Below the pieces are notes generated by a model, which made no database searches, was not told the DNA's origin, and saw only the letters and a program-made list of their open reading frames with translations. This document shows positions 54,501 through 64,000 of a DNA stretch of 64,000 nt, piece after piece; position 1 is the first letter of the stretch, and each line of letters opens with the position of its first letter. The DNA is taken from the NCBI GenBank assembly GCA_010909165.1, contig VJWM01000118.1:682001-746000 (forward strand). Reading direction: 5' to 3'. This DNA is from Anthoceros angustus (lineage: Eukaryota; Plantae; Anthocerotophyta). Position numbers and translations under genes: made by a program.

Positions 54501-57500
54501 AAGCCTTCAAAATCCAGAAGCACGTACAAGCACTTGTCGGTAACTCGTACAGTCATCCAGACGCCGTCTGTGCAACGCCCACCCGCCACATCCAGCAAGG
54601 AACCGCTCAGGTGATTGAGCAGGTAGGATTTCCCACTGCTCTGTTTGCCCATGGATGAGATGACCTTGACAGTGCCGTGCCAGTGACCGAGCACAGCATC
54701 GTACAAGCCGAAGTGGATGCCGTTGGCTAGAGAGACTGCATCAGCGTACTCCAAGTGTGCTGGAAGCTGGAGTCCATTGCTGAGCGGACGCAGGCTGTTG
54801 TTCTCTGCTCGTGCTATCTGTATTGGCACTAAGCATATTAGCTCCCTGATCCATGCCCCAACACCTACTGGAGAACTGGGCTTCCTCCCAAGACGCTTCC
54901 CATAGGATCGGCACCCAGCTAGGGTGTCTGACCTCAGGTGTATGTGCAGATTGGACAGATCTTTGCCTCTCTCTCGTCCCACCCTCTTCAGCGAACTCTC
55001 AACATAGCGAACGTACTGCTTCCCGAGTTCCTTGCTTGGGTCTGACAGTGATCTTCCTCCTAGCACGATGTATACGTAGATGTTTCTCATCTTGTTTACC
55101 AGAGGTGGACTTGTGGAGAACTTTTCGAAGATCATGGAAATGTAGTCCAGAGCAGGGCAAGTCATGGATACAAGGCCTGGCTGCCTGGCTTTCCCTCCCA
55201 TTCCTCTCTTCCCGTGCCTAGCCTCCTGCAGCTGGGAGCCTTGTGGAAGGCTGTCTATCACTTTGGAGCAAATGCCTCTGGAGGGGTTTGATGTGTCCAG
55301 AAGGAGAAGGTGCATCTGGGACTCAAACTTGATGACTGCAGCCTCCAGACTAGCAGGGTCTTCCACCGGAAAGTCTACCTGGACAGTTTTCAAATGGACA
55401 ATTGCGTCCTCCAGACTGAATATCTGCAGCTCGAGAAAACCATGAAGCCTGCCATCCTGCTTGTGCACAAGCTCATCAGTTACCTGCCCTCCAGGCTCAT
55501 TTGCTCCAGAAGCACCGGATGAAGGCGACTGAGCCGAGCTTCCTCCTGCTGTGTAAATCGTGATGAGGCAGGACCCATCACTGGAAACACACGCCTTGAT
55601 TGGGAGGCCTGGAAGAGACGCAGTTCTTGGTTTGATCATGCCAGACTGGCTTATCTCAAATACTCGGACTCTGCAATCAGCGTCGATAAGAAGCAGCTCC
55701 TTCTTCCCTGGAATGAAGAGGATGGCAGTTAACTCTTTACTGCCGGAATAATCGAGCAGAGGCAAGTTGATATCGCACAATTCGATGCGACGTGACAGCT
55801 CATCGTAGCGATAGATTCCGACTTTGCTCAATAACCGATCATACAGAGCCATGTACTTGGAGACCTCGTCGAAGGCGAACAGATCAAACCGTTTGAAGGT
55901 TCGGATGGGTTTGGCATTTGACAGGTTGGAACCCACTTTGGGACACAGGTACACCCTCAGCGATGTGTTCTCAACATCGTGCACGAAGATGAACAACTCT
56001 CCAGACCTTAAAGCAATGACTCGGCACAGCCTGTCTGAGATCAAGTCCAGGTCCATCAGCTTGAGGTACGAAGATGACTGTGGAACGATGACGTGGGCTG
56101 GATCCCGAACCGATTCATCCACATCCTGCTTTGTTGGTGCAAGCTCGGCTAAGCTCCATGTGACTATTGCTGGCTCTGTCACTTCTTCGGAAAACTGGAG
56201 TCCAACCCTTTCCTCCAGCTCCACGTCCTCGAACCTCGTGTTGCCTCTGTTGGTGTTGGAGAGCTGCCCTTCCGTCTTCCTGGTGGAGAGAAGGGAACAC
56301 CTGGAAATGGACAAGCTGGACAGCCCATGCATGTTCTCGGTGGCTTGACTCCTATGTCCCTTCAGGAACTCGGACTCTTCGGATATGAATGACTGCTCAA
56401 GCAACCTGCTATGGCCTTCCAGTTGAAGACGTCTCTGGTCCCTCAGCAATGTCATCACCTTCCTCTTTACCAGCCTTTCCAGCTTGGAAGAAAGATTGTT
56501 ACAGTCCTCTCGATAAACAGCCCTGCAAGCTTCTATCACTTCAGTGACATACGTAGCGCCAGGCAGTTGAAGTGACAAGTACTCCAAGGTCGACTTCCCA
56601 AGCATCTCGCCAACCTTCTGGTTTGAAAACTGGGAGCGAAAATAAGTGGAGGGGGAGGAAGACATTACCGCTTCCTTGACTGAGGTCAGTGTAGCTTGAC
56701 TAACGTCAGCTCCATAGTCCTCAGGGCATTCACATACGCAGCTCAGCCCATCTGCCCTGAAACGCTGAGGCATAACACTTTCTTTCCCATACATGTCCAT
56801 CCACCTCAACATCCCTTCTGCTCCCTGGTCCATCACCTTAACTTGCACTGTGTTAGGCAATTTGAGCAAAGGAAAATCACCCTCGCCCAGAAACACCACC
56901 CTTTCAATGCTCGCGGATGCTATAATGGGTCCTTCAGCACATTCACCTTCATTTGGGAGCAATTGCAGCTTGCAAAAATGTTCATCAGGACCATCTTGCT
57001 TCAACCTTGCTACAAACTCATGAGGGAACAATATAGGTCCCGCCCACTTTGAAGTGACGTTCTTCACACTCTCAACAACAGCTGGACCCAGAATGAGCTC
57101 ATTTGAAGCAGTGTTGACTAGATGAAATTCCGACCCCACAAACAGAAAAGACATGTCATTGCTTGCCTCAGTGACACCCATCCAGATCCTGCAAAGCTCT
57201 CGTTCCACTTCTCGAAGCATGGACCTCTCAACTTCAGCTGGGCCCAATGGAGGGAGATCATCCATATCAGGATCTTCAATTGCCAAATGCATCTCCTCCC
57301 AGCTGAAACAAATACTCCGGTACAGTTTCAGCGCCCTCCTGAACAGACCCAGCAGAACCTTTTCCTCTTCTTTCAGACTGTCCTCCAGCTTGTAAAATTT
57401 CTGCTTGTGCTCGTCTCTCCTTCGATCGAAGCTGTCGATGAGCGACGTATAAGCTTTCCCCACTCCCTCTTTCAGCACACCACAGCGTAGCAGCGTCACA

Positions 57501-58408
57501 AAATCGTCATCGGGAAGCTCAGAAAAGCTAAGCTCGTGAAGTTGGGACCATTCTTGAACAAGCTGTGGGAGCTCCCGGACCTTCACTGTCTTCTCTTGTG
57601 TGATGCGCGCCGTCTTCGGAGGATGCACAGTGGGAAAGAGCAGGGCCAGGCGATGGAGACTTTCACACAGCATAAACCTGAGCTCGCCACTCACAAACAC
57701 ATCCTGATTCTGTACAAAGCATGTGAACCAGTGGGTACCTCTGGACAAGCGGGGCAAGCGGGGAAGATCAATTTGGAAACCGGTGCGCAACTGGAAATCA
57801 CTTCTCAGAGCTATAGGAGGAATGATGATCTTCTGGGTCCTCCTAGCATGCGCAGAAGCAGATTTGGAGTTGGAAGTGGTGTGCACAGTAGTAGTGGGTG
57901 CGATCACAGTGGACTCATCCGCATCATCCAGGCACACATAGACTGTGTCACACAAGTCCACAACATATCTGATAAAATTGCAGGATACATCCTTTCTGGA
58001 GGCTTCTCCCAACCTCTCCCCAGGATGCCAGTAGAAAATGTACAAGACATCTTCAGACAAGACGCCGTAAATCCCAGACTCCAGCTGAATCCTCGGAGAA
58101 ACTAGCTTCAGACCCACAAGAAGATTCATAACCACGTTCTTGCTTCCATAGAGCCCAAGAACATGTACCTTGCTCCTATCTAGAAAGTCGAAATCTAAAA
58201 CAATCTTTCCATGTCTCCAATTTGCTGAGCCCGCAGCCGCCTCATTGCATAGACTGATCACGTTCTCTCTCACAACCATCACCTTGTCCACAATTGTCAA
58301 GTCCAGCTGATCAGGTTGCAAATGTACCAACTTGTGAACTCCTGGCTCCTTCTTCCCACCCACAATCACCCGGTCCCCATTGCTTGCCAGGGGACCCGGT
58401 GCATCCAT
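51518..58408 (-). CDS. Giant (~2260 aa) GBP/VLIG-type GTPase with Cys/His-rich array and C-terminal VWA domain (paralogue A); 2 exons, 58408-54413 and 54304-51518
   Basis: G1 GKQSSGKS (54626-54649), G2 GRCTDG, G3 DFEG, G4-like IKDV. A phase-0 GT-AG intron (54305-54412) joins NKK to DFH. About 44 Cys in imperfect repeats. VWA MIDAS DRSAS (52094-52108) with later T and LSDG. Confidence 0.9.
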
Positions 58409-59130
58409 CCTGCTCTCGGATGCTAGAAGCTATGGTTACGGCCTGGTTCCCAATGGGTTGGTGCTCTGCATAAATCTATCATGTACGTCAAGGGTACACC
58501 ATAGAAGCACGAATTCTTCAAACAAGTCCGGATCCGGGTCCGAAGGGGATTCGTGTGTCAACAGGCCTAGGCCAGTTCAACACAGCCCTGAACCACCCTT
58601 GGAGAAGCTGTCAGCCCAGAGGAATAATCTCCATAACATGACTCTGGCCTGACTGTAAAAAGTTTCCGCGTGGCTGGAAGCCTTCCGTTCGAAGGCAGCA
58701 TCTGAGCCCATCCTGTCAGCGTGAAAAGGTCAACAACCTCGCAAGCAGTGCGTGGACTATCAATGTTCTTCAACATGGGAGCTCGGATATGCTTAGAAGA
58801 TGCTGCTCTCCTTAGCACTGCAATCAGCCGTCATCCACAAGCCTTCCACGGTCCCAAACTGCAGAACTTCAAACTGTGTCAACCCGTTCCTTCGCTTTGA
58901 AGTGACCTTGGAAAGTTGCGTGGGGCCCAAGTTGCCCAACTGGTGCTGCCAAACGCGCTTGAATGAGTCCAGAGCTGCAAACACATGAATGGGTCTGGAC
59001 GTGAGAGCAGCGTCAGTGCTCTCGGATGCAACCAGCATTCTCATCACAGGGGACAAGAGCCAAGGTTACTGAACTTACTGAGTGGCAATTCTAAGGAACT
59101 AGAGGAGATAGGAAGGAGGGAATTGTGGAG
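58409..59130. promoter_or_regulatory. Putative shared bidirectional promoter of the two giant GTPase genes
   Basis: 722 bp between divergent ATGs; contains a repeated TGCTCTCGGATGC motif. Function is inferred from geometry only. Confidence 0.45.
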
Positions 59131-62100
59131 ATGGGGGCTTTGGATCCCGGCGATGCATATCATGTGCTGGAGTTGTCCGAACAGTTTCTGCTTGGCAACG
59201 ACAGTGAGTCCGGATGTGAATCTGGGATCATTCCAAAGAGGAGATTGCTGAATCGGGAGGACTCATCTGAGCATCAAGAAGAAGAAGGGAAGGGGCAGAA
59301 GGAGGTACCTGCGCTGCATAAGCTGATACATCTCAAGGCTGATCAGCTGGATTTGAGCTTTGTGGAGAAGGTGGTCGTCTCCCAGAGTGGCATCATTGAT
59401 TTGTGCAACCTGCTGTTGCCGGGATCAGCCCATTGTATGAAGGATGAGATACTCTTGGATGTCAAGTCCTTGAACATCAACTTGGAGCCGTTGCATGCTG
59501 TGGGCCTGTATGGGAGCAAAGAGGTCTTGGGGCTACTTCTCCAGAGGGTGGGGGTCATGCCATTGGGTCAAGAGTGTCTGGATAGCATGGAGGCAGGGAT
59601 CTATGGAATTCTCTCACACGACTTGATTTATCTCGTCTACTGCCATCCTGGAGGGCGTATGGCAGAGGCCTCCAGAAAGGACGTCTCTTGCAACTTCATT
59701 CGCTACCTAATGGATTTGTGTGGAACCGTTTATGTGTGCTTAGATGCAGAGGATGTGAAGCCCTTCTTGGTGGCCGCAACCACTGGCTCCAGACTTGGTA
59801 GATCCAGAGTGGTAAATCGAACCCAGAGGCTTCAAATCTCTCAGCCCAACACCTCCGAGAATGACTTCGAGCTGCAAAGTGGGTTCCATGTGTTTCCACC
59901 CGGCCTATCGGCTGACATAGCTCCAAGTTCCGTGACGTCTTCCGCCGTTTCTGCATTTGATCTCACGTCCAGGTTCTCCGAAGGTCTGCATCGTTGTACT
60001 GTCCTCACCCCAGTTGTTTGCCCGCCCAGCAAAAGGTATCTAGAACATGAAAAGAATCTTGAGCAGCAGGAGCTACCAGCAATTGTGCAAGACTGGTCTG
60101 CGGCTTACAACCTTGATCTGGAGAAGCTTCCTGATAAGGATCTGTTGCTGCTTCTTCAGTGTGGAAAACTGCAAGCCCACCAAGCATACTTGTCACTGCG
60201 TCGTTCGTTTGAGCTCGGGATAGAGGACAACAAGAACAAGTTCTACGGCCTGGAGGAAACTCTGCGACAGGACCTTAAAAGTCTGCAGTTCATTTTCCAA
60301 GATATTCTCAAGGCTTACCGCAAACTAGTGTACAGATCAGAAGAAGCAGTGTTGGGAAGCAATGCAGATACTCTGAAGGCGAACCGGACTGATGCATCTT
60401 CAAACCAATCTGCTGAGATGATTTACCTGGAGAGGAAGCTCTGCGAGTTCTGGACTGGCAATGAGACCGCTCCGGCTAGTCCACACAGTGCACCATCCCT
60501 GTTGTTTGTTGGTTCCGAGTTCTATTTGGTTGGGACAGACAACAAAGTGATCCCCCTTTCAAGAGACCTTGGGTTCATGTTTGTGGTACAGAGCGTTAGG
60601 CTGTCAGAATCAGCGGCTGGGCCACTCCAACTTCAGCAAGAACTTGTTGCAAGGTCGGTTTCCAAAGACGGCTCTTCGGCTTCGTTTTCTTTCACCGTTC
60701 ACTCTCTTGAGGGTGACTGCCCGAAAGGGCCTATCGTGACTTCCCAGCGGGTCCAAGTCTCTGGTAGGTTTGCATCACCAGCTCACAGGAACGAACAAGA
60801 ATTTTCTTGTACTGTGCAGATCAAATTGAAGGAGCCTTCGTCTGCGGGCATGCTGACCTGGATGCAGTCGTATGATAGAGGGTCCATAGGTTGCCAGGGA
60901 ACAGGCACCCTGCCAAGTGCTGGCACACGATCTGTCTCAGAATATCAAGATGTCTGTAGGAGCCATTCTGCAAAGGTTGAAAGCATGATAAAACGGGAGC
61001 TATGGCCTCTGGTGAGAGAATCCAGACGCTTTGAGATAAATTCGCAGGGAAGCTTGCTCAAGCAATTATTCCAGCAGGAGGAGTCTGTCTTTATGAATAA
61101 CCTTAGGGGACAGCTTAGCAATGCAAGGCCGGATCATCCCAGTCTGTCAATCACCGGATGTCACCTTGTCTCCAGCAATGAGACGAGGTCGTCGTCAGCA
61201 AAGGCGCCTCAAGATGCTGATGACAAACTCGTAGTACGATATGTCTCTGAAGAAATAGAGCAGGCACGCATTAGGTGGAAGGTTGCTGAGCTTGCACCCA
61301 TGAAGACAGATGTGGAGAGAGCAATCACGGACAGAACTCATGTCATTGTCCCTCGCTGTTCAGATGCTCACACGTTGATTGAACTGGACCATAACGTGGA
61401 AAGGCTGACGAAGGTGGTGGCCATCAGGTCTGGAGAGGTGCTGGTGTTTGTGGAAAATGCCAAAGATGTATCCACAAGCGTGTACCTTTGCCCAAAACTT
61501 GGAACAGATGTGACATGCGCAAGTCCACTGAAGGTGTTTCCTAGGCTCTTTCACCTCATTGCTGTCGATGAAACTTCCAAGTTTGTGGCGCTGTATGCAC
61601 GAGAATTCAGCAAGATTAGCATGTACAAGTTTGATGAGGCCTTTCGGAACATGGATAGAAGTAACACTGAGCTCCAGCTCTCGGATTACATTGGAAGTGA
61701 CTTGACTTCCATGATGTTCATCCCTGGGAAGAGGGAAATGGTGCTCATAGACAGCGAAAGTCGAGTAAGCATCTTCCAGATAAGCCAGGGTATGATCAAG
61801 CCTCGAAGTGTTGTGTTGCCTGGACCTCCAGCAAAGGCCCTTGTTACGACTGATGGATCCTGTCTTCTAGCTCTGTATCATGATGGACGGGACATTGATG
61901 AAGATGCCCAGATTCGTCCTGTTGCGGATTCTTCGGCTAGCCTTCTGGAAATACATGTGTATGTGCTGGATGACGCACTGACATACATGAAAACCGTTCA
62001 GGTGGACTCCAAAGAGCTATGTGACAGCAAGAGAATGGAGTCCAGCATTGTGAGCTTCGAGTCACAAATGCACCTCCTGGCTCTCAATGCTGGCAATGCT

Positions 62101-64000
62101 GAGGAGGGAATCCGGTCCAAAAGATTGGACATCACCACCAGTTCCGGGGGTTGCCAACTGAGGGAGGTAAGGAAGGCGAAAACGGAGCCAGGGGATGGAT
62201 CACAGAAAGCTACGACTTGTCCTGCCTTGGACTACATAGGTCAGGTCTTCGAGAAGTACGCAACCAGCCCACCTCTTCAGGAAACCAAGAAGGATCTTTC
62301 CATTCAGCTGGTTCTGGGAGCAGGAATCCAAGAGCAAGCCAAGCAGCCGTGCATAAACTACGTTGACAGTTCGCTGACAACCATCGAACGACACCGAGGC
62401 AAGGATTTCTCAGACCTTGACATCGACATCCGCGCCGACGCGTTTAATGACTGCTTTGATGACGAAGGCCAGCTTGAAGGAAGCAGAGACGATAGAAACC
62501 TCAGAGCCGTGGGAGATTTCACTCAGACCCTTGTATGCTTGATCCCGATACAGATAGCTCGTGCCGAGAAGAACACCTTGCGACCCTTGAGTGATGGCCT
62601 GCAGCTCCCGCCTAACATCGACTACACCGACGCTGTGTCTCTGGCCACTGTCATCCGGTTCGGGTTCTATGACGCAGTGCTAGCGCAGTGGCAGGGACCC
62701 ATCAAAGTCATCTCATCCATGGGAAAACAGAGCAGTGGAAAATCTTACCTTCTCAACCATCTGAGCGGGTCCTTGCTTGATGTGGCTGGAGGACGTTGCA
62801 CCGATGGTGTGTGGATGACCCTGAGGCCAACCCAGAATTGTATGTATGTGCTGCTAGACTTCGAGGGCCTAGGAAGCTTCGAAAGGAGTGAACAAGAAGA
62901 CATGCTGCTTTCCATCCTGAATGCTGCTGTGAGCAACATCACCATCTTCAACAAGAAGGTAACTAGGCCGCTGCATTTGGACAAATTACTGGAATCTCTG
63001 CTTGCATCTTGCTTGAATGGATCCCTGCAAAGGACGAAGGGGCTCCTGTGACAATCTGAAACTTTCTCATCTGCCTTGACGTTGTTCTTGAACCAGGACT
63101 TCCACCTTGATAAGGAGACAGAGGCCGTGTTTCAAAGATTTCAGAGTGGAGTACGCTTGGTGAAGCAGGACACTAAGCTCTTCAAAGGCATGTTCTACAT
63201 GGCTATCAAGGATGTGGACACGGATGATGTGGAAGATCTCAAGGTCGAGTTTGTTAAGAAAATCCGGCACATGTGCAGCAAGTCGGAGGAGAACTTCCTG
63301 GCCAAAATGTATGGAGGCCACGTCGAGATTGCTGCCATGCCTCCTTCCAGAAACAAGAGTTTCATGACAGCATCTGTGCAATCCAAGCAACTGTGGAGGA
63401 CTTGGTAGCAGTTCAGCACAACGGGGGAAATCTAGCAACCGACCTGAAGCTGGTGATGGCTCAGATCTGTGCCAAAGACTGGTCCCCTATTGACACAAAG
63501 CGAGCGGCTCTGAAGGCTGATCTGCTCCGCAAGCACTTCCGCACAGCCATCGCTCTTGGAAGACTGCAGGGGAAGGACGGAGACCCCCTGGTAGACTTCG
63601 ACAGGCAGGAGGCCATACCCGAGCTCCCGGTCCAGCTCCATGGCCAGAGCTTCGAAGTACCAGACACGGACCTGGAGCTCTCTCCTTACCAGGACAGCCA
63701 GGTGGTTGGCAACATACTTGAGATGATGAGGCACAAGTTTGAGCTTGTTTTCCCCAGGTCAGGAACCGATGACGAGGTTTGGCATTCCAACTGAGAAATT
63801 CTTGCTTGCTCTGGCAGACAGACGCCGCATCAGAGTGCTGGACTGGCTGGATCGCAACACATCAGAGTTCCAAAAGAATGCAGACGTGCAAACCCTGCGC
63901 ATGAAGGCTGTTGCAATGCTTGCAGAGCTGAAGCAAACCCTGTCTCTTTGCAGCTGCAAATGCCAGATCTGCTTCCTTCGCTGTGTTCTTGAAAAGTCTC
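59131..64000 (+). CDS. Paralogue B of the giant GTPase gene; exon 1 59131-62958, exon 2 from 63097; two apparent frameshifts; runs off the window end
   Basis: Collinear with A (EASRKDVSCNFIRY, SLLFVGSEF, LVCLIPIQIARAE, GKQSSGKSYLLNHLSGSLLDVAGGRCTDGVWM). Same NKK/DFH intron. Reaches the first Cys repeat (CSCKCQICFLRC) at the window edge. Confidence 0.85.

Overview
Nuclear DNA from a land plant. Short GT-AG introns, PLS-type PPR remnants and roughly 50% GC suggest a seed-free lineage such as a hornwort or lycophyte, but the taxon is my inference. The left ~25 kb is mostly transposon debris: a Sola-like transposase present as a tandem duplicate, a gypsy gag-protease remnant, a Copia gag-pol interrupted by an unknown element, a PPR pseudogene and several minisatellites. 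One intronless secreted bulb-type lectin gene sits in this debris. Copies of duplicated segments differ mainly by 1-2 bp indels, which points to poorly polished long-read assembly. The right ~39 kb is gene-dense: tRNA-Val(CAC), an EMB2759-like gene, NRPC1 (Pol III largest subunit, with a U12 GT-AG intron), a CH-domain kinesin-14 (with an AT-AC intron), EFG1, and a divergent MIA40-like gene (CEC instead of CPC). The most striking feature is at 51.5-64 kb: two paralogous, nearly intronless giant genes arranged head-to-head with 722 bp between start codons. The complete copy (~2260 aa) has a possible degenerate GTPase-like N-terminus, a beta-propeller-like region, a GBP/atlastin/VLIG-type GTPase, a long Cys/His-rich array and a C-terminal VWA domain with an intact MIDAS. 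The second copy follows the same layout up to the start of the Cys-rich region, where the window ends. This is a candidate paired-GTPase immunity or conflict system; the functional reading is a hypothesis. All coordinates and alignments were worked out by eye.
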